Part shown: positions 46,042 to 58,400 of the stretch, in pieces
Layout: each line of letters opens with the position of its first letter
Numbering within the stretch: the first letter of the stretch is position 1
Assembly (NCBI RefSeq): GCF_016433145.1
Contig: NC_058135.1
Location: forward strand, 278,829,981 to 278,893,980
Reading direction: 5' to 3'
DNA length: 64,000 nucleotides
Source of the DNA: Gracilinanus agilis
Taxonomy: Eukaryota
Made by a program: the position numbers and the translations under genes
Notes under the pieces: model-generated
Database searches by the model: none
What the model was told of the DNA's origin: nothing
The model's input: the letters and a program-made list of their open reading frames with translations, nothing else

Positions 46042-46438
46042 GAGGGAAGTGCATCTCCCCGACTCGCTTCCTGAGTGCAGAAGGGCCTCCCGGGTTTCCA
46101 GCAGAGGGCAAAGGCCTGAGAAGCTGATGGAAAGGGCTGAAGGGCCTGCTCTGGGCTCCCCCCCATTGCCACCTCTAAGGCCCTTCCTGGGCCTGTGCAC
46201 CAGCTCCTCCAGCCGCTTTCTCTACCGGTTGTCACTGAGGCCTCCCCAGGGCCTAGGAAAGGCTCAGCATGGGATGGAGGCAGGGAGGCCTGGAGCGCCG
46301 TCCCAGGAAGCCCCGGCTAGTACTGGTGCAGCTGAGCGCTCCCCGCCCCCTGCTCACGTCCTGCCCGCGTCCTCCTCCTCCTCGCCTGACCCGGAGCTCT
46401 GCCAGCTTGAGGGAGTCACTTCGCCCAGCCAGCACCAG

Positions 46439-49400
46439 CTACGTCAGCACGTCCACCTCAGTCTCGGACTCTGACGAGGGGTCGGGCCACACAGACAGGC
46501 CGTGGAAAGGGACCTGCCCGACCTGCGCCGTCCAGTCCACCACATCGATCTCCCCTTCCTCCTCCAGGCTGCCCGGGGAAAGGCTCAGCTTGCTGGAGCC
46601 GTCGAGCACCTCCTTGATCTCGGGGCACGTTACCCCTGGCTCTCCCTCAGGGTACAGCGTGTCGTCCACCACGGACGCCTTCCCGTAGCCTGTGTCCACC
46701 CAGCTGGCACAGGGAGGCGACAGGTCTCCGTAAGGTGCGTGGAAGTGGATGGGGGACCCCGAGCAGAGCAGCTTGTCCCCCTGGCCCTCGGCGCGGGGGT
46801 CGCCAGGGGCAGCCTCTGAAGTCCAGGCGGGGGGCACAGCCAGCTCTTCCCCTTCGCTCCCCTGGGAGGCCACGAGGGAGCTGAGGGGCTCCCCCGGCCC
46901 CTTGTCGTCCCTGCCCTTGTCGGAGTCCTTCTCCAGGCCGGGGAAGTCCCTGGGCCAGAGCTCCACCTCGGGCAGACACCACTCTTCCCCCTCGGCCCAG
47001 GTCTTCTCCGGCTCGGTCAGGGCGAAGGGGGGGGTCTTGGAGTTCCCGGCCCGGGGGCTCTCCAGGGAGTCCACGGAGGGGCCGATGTCCGAGTCGCAGA
47101 GCATGAAGTCCAGGATCTCCTCAAGCTCACTGGTGGCGGCGGCGCTGGTGATGCGGTACTCCTCGGCCTCGCACGGCTGGCCCAGCAGGGCTGGGACAAA
47201 CTCGTAGGGCTCCCTGCAGTCCCCACTCAGCATGGCGGCCTTCTCCACCATGTCTGGCACGTCAGGGCACTCCGCCTTGACCTCCGCCTGCTCTGGGAAC
47301 TGACCGGTGGGTGTGAGCGCCTCCTGCAGCCTGGTGCAGGCTGGCGCATCTAGTGGGCACTGGGCTACCTCAGCCCCGGGCTTGTCCTCTTCCTCCAGCC
47401 CCCCTGCCTCCTCGGCGGCCTCCCCACCGAGCCCCAGGGGCTGCTGGCTCTCCTGGGGGTCTCGGGAGGGTGACTCCTGGACTACTTCCCAGCAACTCCC
47501 GTTGACGATCTTGCGCAGCTTCACCCGCCCCACCTGTCCCTCCTCGGCTGAGTCCGAGCTGGGCGCCCTGGCCTCGGGGCTCCGCTTCTTGTTGGTGCCC
47601 AGCTTGGCGGGCAGAGAAGGGCTGGCAGTGCCCTCCGGAGGGCCCACCTTCCCTGGCCCCGGCTCCTCTTCTGGGACCTCCTTGCTCAGAGTCTTTTGGC
47701 GCCACAGGCGGCGGCCGGGCGGTGTGAGCCCTGGAGTGGCCCCTGCCACGGCGCCCAAGGACTTGGCCGGGCACACATCGGGGGACAGCTTGGAGCGACT
47801 CAGCCGGATCTTCCTGGGCAACAGGGGCTCGTCCACCGTGGGGCTGGGAGGGAAGAGCTCAGTGGCGGCCGGGCCTGGTACGCGTCTGTTCTCCTTGGGC
47901 CCCGGCGCCTGGTTCTTGGCGGAGGAGCTCTCTGCCTGGGCAGGTGGGCACACGCGGGCTTTGCCCTTGGCCTCGGGCAGGCTCTCGGCACTCTGCCCCC
48001 CACTCTCTTTCGGGGTGTCGTCCTCCTTTCCCAGGAGCTTCAGCTTCACGGCCCCGGGGGCGCAGGCTGCCTGGGGAGGAGGCAGGGGAGTCCGGGGCCG
48101 CCGGCCGGGCCCCACCACTCGGGCTGAGATGGGGGCAGTGGGTGGGGGCTGCAGGCACTTGCGATTCAGGCGCCTGCCCTGGGCCACCCGCACCAGCTTC
48201 CCCCCTTCCAGCTGCAGCGACTCAAGCTCCGACACACGAAGCTGCCGGGCGGCCAAAAGCACATCCTGGGCTTCCTCCCGGGAGACCTCCATCTCGGACG
48301 TGTACAGGAAGTCCACCAGCTTGCGCAGGGTCCCGATCTTCAGGCCCCCCAGCTCCAGCACCACCTTCCGGCCCTGGGCTGGCCGCTCTCGCTCCAGGCG
48401 CTCCGTGAAGAAGGGGCTGCAGGCTGAGAGGATGCAGCAGTGAGCTGGGACTGCCTCACCTGGAGGGGAACCCACCCAAACACGTCAGGTCACCAACGGG
48501 AAGTCGGGGCAGCGGATGGACAAAGCGGGCCCCCCTCCCCACCCCGTGAGAAATCGAGGAAAGGGTCATCAGGAGGGATGGAGGGGCCGAGAACAGAAGG
48601 ACAGAGCAGAGCTCTTCCCTCAGGAGAGGAGGAGATGAGCCTCACTGGAGGCTGGGCCGGGCCCCAAGCCCCATCCTAAAGCTGTAAAAAGGAATTACCG
48701 CAGAGGTGTGAAGGGATTAACCGGCCTACAGTGACAAGACAGGGAAACCACAGAGACAGGAAGTAAGGCAGGAAAAGGGTATAAAAAGGCGCCAGAGTCA
48801 GTTGGTCAGTGGGTCAGTTGCTGACAGTTAGGACTGGCGGTGGGGTGGCTGCTGGGAGTGTGTGGGGTTGGTGGTTGGCGTTCAGTTGCTGGAATATAAA
48901 GGCAGGTCTGAGTTTACTGAGAGGGCTTTTTGGGTTTGGGGCTTTTGGTGTGGGCTGTTGGGTTTTTTCCTTTCTTGAAATTTTTAGGAGGTGGCTGGTC
49001 TTCTCTGACAAACCTGACTGGGGTTGGTTTAAACACTGATTGGGTTGGAACTTTATGGGGTGGTGGTTATTAGCAGTAGATATAGGCAGTTTGGGGTAGT
49101 AATTATAGAATAACTAGTATAGACATTAGGAAGTTTTCTTTCTCGACCTCTTTCCTATATTTTTCTCCTTTACTATATTCATTTTACTATATTCTTTTAC
49201 TATCTCTATTTTAATTAAACTAAATTGTTAATTGTTAAAAGCTGCTAGAAGTTTTCTTTTCTCTGGCTTAAAGGGATAATAATAATTTACAACTGTACTA
49301 TTTCTCATTAAAACTTAAATTATTAAAAGCTGCAGACAGAAGACCTGAGGGATGAGGGCTGCTGTGGGCACCAGTTCTTGTGACTTTTGCACACAGCATA

Positions 49401-52400
49401 TGAATGAAGAGGGGCTGTTTTAAATTCCATCAAAACCTTTTACAAAGTTGATGGAAATGTCTTAGTTTCTTTGGCTTCTGGAGACCAAAGGGAACTTGGG
49501 TTGCCCCAACAGCTCACAAATAGATAACATCAGGTGGCACAGTATTCTGTGAGCCAACCTGGAAATCCCTGGCATCTGTGGTCCTTTGGGCCCTTATGCT
49601 GTGGACAGGGATTTGCTCTACACATGGTGAGCCCTTAAATGTTTGGGTTGTTTTTCCGTTCATTCCTTCTTAGAATTTTCTAATTTTCTCACTGGGTAAT
49701 GCAAGCGAACTGATATTATTTGTGATGTTCCAACATTCCTACAGAGCTCATCAGTCACAGGAGCCTTTCCCTGCAAGTTAAGGGTTTTATGTATTTGAGG
49801 CTATTTCTCTCTTCTCCATAAAATCTGTTGGCATTCATGTATAATATTACAGGTGAAAAAAGTATAGGCACCTCCCTCTGAATGAACAGCCTGAAACTAT
49901 CTTCCTAGCAATGGCCGGACAATTTGGAGGCACAACTGCTGAGAAAATACCACTAAGAGGCCTAGGCCCCTGTGCTCCTAACCCCAGGACATCAAAGAAA
50001 GAGGAAAAGGACCCATATGTCCATAAAAACATTTCTTAACTTTTTATAGTAGCCCAAAATGGGAAACTTGAGGTTTTTCTCTTGGGGAAGGGGAAGTTAA
50101 ATTATGGTATATGAATGTAATGGAATATCACAGTACCAGAGGAAATAACAAAATGGTCTTTTAGGAAAAACTTAGAAAATTTCTATGAACTGATGAAGAA
50201 GGAAGTGAGCAGAACTAGGAGAATAATTTATACCAGTGATTCCCAAAGTGGGAGCTACCACCCCCTGGTGGGTGCTGCAGCAATCCAGGGAAGCCATGAT
50301 GGCTATTTATCTTTCCTACTAATTGCTATTAAAATTTAAAAAAAATTAATTTCCAGGGCGCTAAGTAATATTTTTTCTGGAAAGGGGGCAGTAGGCCAAA
50401 AAAGTCTGGGAACCACTGCTCTATATAGATATCAACATTATGGAGAAAAATAGTTTTGAAAATCTTTAGAATTCTGGGTGTAAGGATAAATGACAAGTCC
50501 AGAAATCTGAAGGAGAACCCCACTACTTATCATTTGTTAGAGAACTTATATGAAGAGAGATCTATTTTCAGATATGATTAATACAGAAATGTTTTGCTGG
50601 GCTATGAATGCTTATGAGGCTTTTGATATTCAGTGGAAAGTTAAGATATTGTCAGACTATAAATGCATGTAAAAATAAAGCAATATATTTACTAAAAAGG
50701 AAGAAATCACAACTATTAAGGAAAACTCATACAACTCATACAAAACTGCTTCCTAACTGGTCTCTCTCAAATATGTCCCCCTCCACTCCACCTTCCATTA
50801 AATCCCTTTCCTGCTTAGAATGCAAGCTCCCTTGACGGCAAGGATACTATTTTTTAAACCTGATCATCCATCTAAGAATCAAGACTATCAATTCCAAGGC
50901 AAGAGGGCAGTGGGGGATAAGTGACTTGCCCAGGGTCACATAGCTAGTAAGGCAAGTCAGAGTTGAACCAGGACTTCCCAGTCTCTTGAGTGGCTCACAA
51001 TCCACTGAGCTACCTAGCTCTCTTCCTCCTCCTTTCCCTGAAGCTTCAAATTCCTTGGAGGGGAAAGAGAGAGGATAGAGATAATGAAGGGGAAATCCAA
51101 TATGACTCCACCAAGTACAGGCCTCAAGGACTCCCAGGTGGAGATGGTACTCTCAGAAGAGGTGACAGGTCATACCAGGTACGGAGTAAGAAGTCCAAAA
51201 GGTTTTGACCAGCTAAGACTGTCCAGAGTCAAATTAAGATGGCAATGAATAGAGATCAATGTTAAGTCTTACATTTGGATTAAAAAATAAATTCCCTAAG
51301 TAATGGATGTGTGGGTGGTATAGTGAGGCAGCAGCTTCTCTGGAAAGGATCTGAGGTTTTTAGTGGATGGTAAAGGTTAATACTAACAAGCAAACGAGAA
51401 AATGTGTGAAAGGAAACCATTTATTAAGCACCTACTATGATCCTGTAACAACCCTGGGAGGTAGGTGCTATCATCATCTCCATTTTACAGCTAAGGAAAC
51501 TGAGACAAAATTAAAGTGACATACCCAGGGTCATACCCCGAGAAATGCTGGAGGCCAGAGATAAACTTGGGTCTGATTCCAGGCGCTGGGCTCTGGTACT
51601 CTTGCCTTCCAACACTACTTAAATGCAACAGTAGGCCATTTAGAGGGCCCTGTATCTGGGACGAGAGAGTGTCCTACTCAGACCCCAACTAGAATACTGG
51701 ATTTAGTTCTAGTTACCACATTTTAAAAAGGTCTCTGATAAGCTAGAAAACATCTAAAGAAGATACCTGGAATGGTGAAGAGCCCCAAGTTCATGAAATG
51801 AGAGCTTCAGTTAAAGAAACATCTCCAGTCAGCCTGGAAATGAGGAAACTGGAAAAGAGAAGACTTTTATGAACTTTTGCAGAGTGAAATGAGCAGGACC
51901 AAGAGGACAATTTATGTGACAAAAACACCACCATATGGAAAAGTGACTTGGAAAGTCTTCGGAACCCTGAGCAGTCATGATCCTGGGAGTGAAGACCTCA
52001 GGAAGCAGCTGGAGATGGAAATGTTTTGGCCATCATCAAAGTGAGGAATTCTTTATGTTTGACTATCATGTTTGGGTTTCTTGTTTTTGTCAGTGAGCAG
52101 GAGTGGAGGGGAAACAGAAAGGAGAGAAAATAAAATTTTTGTTAATTGAAAAAATGAAATTAGACAAAGGAAAGGATAGATGGCCACAGCAATATGTTTC
52201 AGCAAGGCCTCTTCAGGGATATGGATTTGATTAGATGGCACTGAGGTGACTCCAAAGCTCTGTCAACTCTGTGCCCATAATCTGGGACTCCTGCCTCCTA
52301 GGCCCACGTTTCTTTCACTTTAGAATTACCTTGACATATATATGCAAGTAAACAATACATAAATGTAATATTGAATTATAGGCAATGAAGTATCCCCAGT

Positions 52401-55400
52401 GCCTTTGTGCAAAGTGTCGCACCAGCAGTCAGAAAGATCTAGATTTGACACCTACTTCTTGGCATTTATTAACTGTAGGACTGGCAAGTCAGTGAAAGTC
52501 TCTAAGTCTCTTTCCTGTAAAATCTGTAAAATGGGATCATACCTTAGTATCTACCTCAAAGCGCTACTGGGGGATCAAATGAGATCAAACACTAAAAGTT
52601 ATCTGCCAATTTAAAGGGCTACAGGAAAAAACAGCTATTATTATTAGACCATAAAACCATTATTATTAGACAACCACAGGAACTCTCTACAAGTATATCA
52701 TAAGTGTTGGCCAATGGAGAAAGGGGAGCTAGGAAAGCCCCAAAAAATTGTGCAACACAAAGTTGCTAACTTCAGAATCTCAAAGTTCATTACTGATGAT
52801 CAGTTCCCTCATGGGACATGCTAGCAGTCTTTGAGTGGGGCCTCATCATTTTTTTAAATGCAACACCACAAACCAAAAGAATGAAAGAAGCTCACCTGGG
52901 GAAATTTGAGAGAGAAAACATAAGAATTTGCTCACAAAGACTTTTTTTTTTTTTAAAAACTCTTACTTTCTGTCTTATTAACAATTTTTAAGAGGACAAA
53001 GATTAGGCAAATGGGGTTAAGTCATTTGCCCAGGGTAACATAGCTATGGAAGTGTCTGAGGCCAGCTTTGAACCTGGGTCCTCTCAACTTCAGGTATGGT
53101 GCTCTATGCATTTTTTTAATTTTTAAATTTTTTTATTGATTAATTAATTTAGAATTTTTTCCAATGGTTGCATGATTCATGTTCTTTCCCTCTCCTATTC
53201 CCTCCCCCAGCCCGGAGCTGATAAGTAATTCCACTGGTTTTTATTTATTTGTTTTATTTAGAATATTTTTCCATGGTTACATGATTCATGTTCTTTCCCT
53301 CCCCGTCCCGTAGCCAACAAGCTATTGAACTGGGTTTTACATGTATCATTGATCAAGACCTACTTCCATATTATTAATATTTGCAATAGAGTGATTGTTT
53401 GGAGTCTACATCCCCAATCATATCCCCAATGAACTATGTGATCGATCATATGTTTTTGTTTTGCATTTCTACTCCCACAGTTCTTTCTCTGGATGTGGAT
53501 AGAGTTCTTTTTCATATGTCCCTCAGAATTGTTCCTGGTCTATCCACTATGTTACCTAGCTCCCCCCAACACTTTCTAAAGTTATAAAAATGTATGTTCA
53601 TAGGGCCAGAAGGAGTGCCATTAAAAAATGAGTGAATTCAATGTCCTGTTTTGACAGATAAGGAAACTGAGTCACAGAGAGAAGTGATTTGGCCAAGGTC
53701 ACAGTAATAATTAAGTCAACAGGTCAGAAGCTGACTCCAAATTGGATGTCTCCAAATTGAGACTTCTTGCCATCTTATTACAGCAGTCTCCAGCTGGTGA
53801 TTTCTAATGTAATATAATTCCTTTTAAGGAGCAAAGAAAAAATCCCTATCATCTCGCCAAAAAGAAAAAAATCCCGAAACCACCCACAAACAGACTGATA
53901 ACAATCTACTGAGTAGCAAAAAGTTCCACAGACATTTTGAGGCACAAAAGCAATTGCAATAACCCCTAGTGTCTTTAGATTTTAACAAGAGAAAAATCCA
54001 GGCAAAATTCAGTCGAAAGATAATTCAACCCATCAGGAGTCACTCAGTCTCAAGAATGACACCAAAGTTCAGTAGGTCACAAATGATAATGGCCTAAGAG
54101 AGTTACTGGGTCCAAGAATCTCATTATGGAGAGCAAGAGAGACTTTTGCAGTGACTTGTACTAAGAAAGTATCTTGTCTGTATTTCTACAAGAAAGTGAT
54201 TTCTGTCAATGTTCCAGCTGGAGAATAATAGGATACACACAGACTTCAAGGAAGGGAAGGAAAAATAATGAATGTATACAAATAGCTAAAAACAAAAAAC
54301 AAAAACAAATCTGAAGAGAAGGGAGATGGAATGAAGAAAGCAGAGTCCCCGAAGCTATCAGGTAAAGAAGAGCTATGGTTGTTGGCTCCCTGCTCAGGGG
54401 TACTGAAACAACTCTTTGTTGATGTGATAAGAATAGAGAGTTCTCTTGCCTTCTGGGAATATTTGTCTAAGACATAACAGAGAACCTTCTTCCAAGACTG
54501 GTCCAAATGGATGACTTATCTATTTCTCACTTTTGATGATTCTGGTGGATACAAATGATCAGAGAGCTCATGGTGAGTTGTGTTCTATATACCAGGGGAA
54601 AGTAATCAGAAAATGAAGGGTCTTGACCCCATTTTATATGAGGAACAAGGGAAAAAGGTTATTCTCCCAACTTAACCTACAAAGCTGAATTTAATTCTCC
54701 AAGGGTGAAAAATGCCCTCTAGAACAAAGACTTTCAAGGTATCTCTAAAAAGCCCAGAGCTGAGCAGCTACTTAAAAATAAGAAAAAATTCTTACCTTCT
54801 ACCTTAGCATCAATTCTAAGACAGAAGGGCAAGGGCGAGGTAATTGGGATTATGTGACTTGCCCAGGGTCACCCACTTAAGAAGTATCTGAAGCCAGATT
54901 TGAACTGAGTTCCTCCCAACTCCAGCTCTGGTGCTTTTTCTACTGTGCTACCTAGCCACCCCTAAGCAGCAACCATGAAATGTAAACACAAAGTCCAGAG
55001 GCCTAGAAAGAGGTCATTGTAGTACCCAAAGGGGCAGTATGTAATGGTGTGCTAACATCCTAGAGGGGAAGAGAAACAATTAACTCTTCAGAACTCTTTG
55101 TCCGCAAGGAGTATTCTAACCCCTGCCCTCATCCCAACATTAGTCAGGGGGCATGAAAGTGGGGCCAAGTGAGGCAAAAAGCTATCAGTAACAGCATATT
55201 GTCAGGAGGGAGCCAGGGCTGTGAGTACAAGTAATAAAGGAAAGCAAGTTTGTTACCCTACGGAGCACATGTTCTTGAGAACTCCATGGGAGTGGTAGGC
55301 AGACTGAAGAGAGGCACCAAGATGGCAGGTTACTGGGTTTTTTACAGTGACATCCACGTCTTTGCTGATGTAAAAACAAAGAACACCATAAAAGAGAACA

Positions 55401-58400
55401 AAGTTCCAAAGGAAGTGCAGACAAGCAGGATAGTTTTGAAAGGAATGTATAGTGTCCTATATGTTTGAATGTTCTACATCTACACTGAAACACTTTTTTG
55501 TTTTTTTTGTTAAAACCTTAAAAACAAAATTATTTATGGATTATAAAGCAGTCATCATCAAAACAATCTGGTACTGGCTAAGAAAAAGAGTGGTGGATCA
55601 GGTCAATGGATTAGATGCACAAAACCTAGTAATAAATGGCCACAGTAATTCAGTGTTTGAGGAATCAAAAGATGGGAACTTTTGGGACAAAAATATGCTG
55701 TTTGACAAGAACTGCTGGGAAAATTGGAAAACGGTATGGTAGAGACTGGGACTAGACCAATATCTCACATCACATACCAAGGCATGGTCAACATGTACAT
55801 GATTTAAATATGAAGAGTGATACCATAAGCAAATCAGAGTGGCAAAGAATAGTCCACCTGACAAATCTATAGATAAGGAAAGAACTTAGTGTCAAACATG
55901 AGATAAAAGAGAGCATTATAAAAGGTAAAATAAATAATTTTGATTACACACACACACACACACTAAATGCAACCAAGATTAGAAGGAAAGCAGAAAGCTA
56001 AGAAAAAAATTTTTTTATCTGATAAAAGAACTAAATTCTCAAAAATATAGAGAACTAAGTCAAATTTATAAAAATTCTCTAATTGATAAATGGCAAAAGG
56101 ATATTGAACAGGCAGTTTCCAGGGAAAGAAATCAAAGTTATCTATAGTCATATGAAAAAAATGTACTAACTCACTCTTATTTAGAGAAATGCAAATTAAA
56201 ACAACACTGAGGGCACCTCCTCTCACACCTATCAGATTGGCAATTATTACAGAAAAGGAAAATGATAAATGTTGGAGGGGATGTGAGAAAATTGAAACAC
56301 TAATACATTATTGGTAGAGTTGTGATCTAATTTGACCATTCTGGGGAGCAATTTAGAACAATGCTCACAGGACTCTAAAAACTATGCATATTGTTTGATC
56401 TATTAACACAATTACAAGGTCTATATCCCAAAGGCATCAAAAAGAGGAAAAAGGACCTATTTGTGCAAAATATTTATTGCAGCTCTTTTCACAAAGACTT
56501 TGAAATTAAGGGGTCATTCATCAACTGGAGAACAGCTAAACAAGTTGTGGCATATGATAGTTATGGAACACTACTAATATGCTATAAGAAATGACAAGTA
56601 GGATGATTTCAGAAAAATCTGGAAAGGCCTACATGAACTGATGAAAAGTGTTAGGTAAGCAGAACCAGAAGAACACTGTACACCGTGATAGCAATATTTC
56701 TTGATGAATAACTGTGAATGACCTAGTTATTCTCAGCAATGCAGTAATTCAATACAATCCTGAGATTCATGATGAAAAATGTCATCTGCCTTCCAATAAA
56801 AAAACGGATGGAGTCTGAATGCAAACTGAAACATACTAAATTTCATTTTCTTTCATCTTTTTTTTCCATTTGAGATCTCTTCCACAAAATTATTAACGTG
56901 GAAAAATATTTTTCATGATTATACATGTAAAATCTATATCATATTGCTTACTGTCTCACAGAGAGGGGAGGGCAGTGAGGGAGTGAGATAGGGAAGGTCA
57001 GAAGAAGGGAGAGAATGTGGAACTCAAAACTGAAAAAAAAAGAATGTTAAAATTATTTTTACATGTAACTAGGGAAAAATAAAATACTAAATAAAAGCAA
57101 GCTCTACAATAAAAAAATACAGAATAAAGTTGCTTAAAAATTAATTTTGGAGCAAACAGAGGTGATGGACTAGCATTCGTGGCATAATGGATACGGTCCT
57201 GACCTTGGAGTTAGGAAGACCTGGGGACAGCTCCTACCTTAAGATACTTATTAGCTGTAGGCTTGGGGAAGTCATTTAACCTGTAAAAGTGGGAATAATA
57301 TGACTTATCTTGCAGAGTTGTAAGGCTGAAACGAGAAAAGGTGAAGTTCTTTGTGAACCTTAAGGAACTATACAAGTGCTATCATTATTGTTGTTGTTGT
57401 TGCTGGCTGGGTGGGAGGAGACAGCAGGAAGTCAGTGATTTGCAAATAGCAAAAAAAATTTTTTTCTGAAAGATCAATGAATGAAGAAACAGGCAATTTT
57501 ATCTTTAATGCTGCTATAGGCAGAAGACAAGAAAAGAGAAAAGTCTGGGAAATAGAACCTTAGTCTGGCCTAGAGGCAGAAAGAGCAGAGGTGGGTGACT
57601 CCGCTTCTTCAGACACCCCTCCATCTCTCACTCTCTCTCTGTGTCTATCTGTCTCTCTTCCTCTCTCCCACTTTCTCAGTCTCTCTCAAAACCAGGAAAG
57701 CATTCTTAATCTGTCTTGATACTTCCAGCTATCAGAAAGTGAAGATCAACTAAAGGGGCAATTTTTGCTGGAGCAGAAATAATAGAAAGCTTAGAGTTGA
57801 CCTGACCACATTTTCCTAGAGCTTATGAGAAAGGAGAGGAAAGATGGCTGTATTCTGTCAGCAGAATAAGCTAGCAGATTTCAGAAGAAAGATAGGTAGC
57901 ATCCATAGGACTCAAATTCTACAGGGGAAGTCAGCTGGGAAGGCTGAATAGGAAATTCTGAGGAGAGAAAGAAAAACAACTCCGACGAGAAGGAAAGGCA
58001 AGAGTTGTGTGAAGAGACCAATGTAGAAAAACAGAGAACACAATAGTTTAATACTTAAAAAAATTAATTTAAAAATTAACTTTCATAAAGGACTGCTTGG
58101 AGGACAAAAGTAAGAGAAGGTCACAGATAATGAATACAAAGTGCTCTATTAATAGTCTCCTGGGTGCTAGCTCAGAATGACTTGAGGCTGCCAGTGAGGG
58201 TACCCACAAAACAAAAAGGAAGAGTTTTTTCTAACCATACTGGCTGAAAGAGAAGGACAAGATGGAGCAGTGGGGTTGTTTGGGATGAGTGGGAAGATGC
58301 TAACTGATAACACAGAAGCCATTGTTGTTCAATTCATATTTTGTTTTTCTCTGCCAAAGAGAACAAATGATCCCTGGATTAGAAGAAAATAAGGATGTGG

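Noticed and set aside
47307-48443. 378-aa ORF on the + strand (and other long ORFs at 46040-48408)
   Set aside because: Antisense or off-frame shadow of the GC-rich BTBD18 exon; no recognisable domain.
53140-53560. Two tandem near-identical segments of about 90 bp
   Set aside because: Both look like minus-strand L1 3' ends, which is ordinary repeat clustering.
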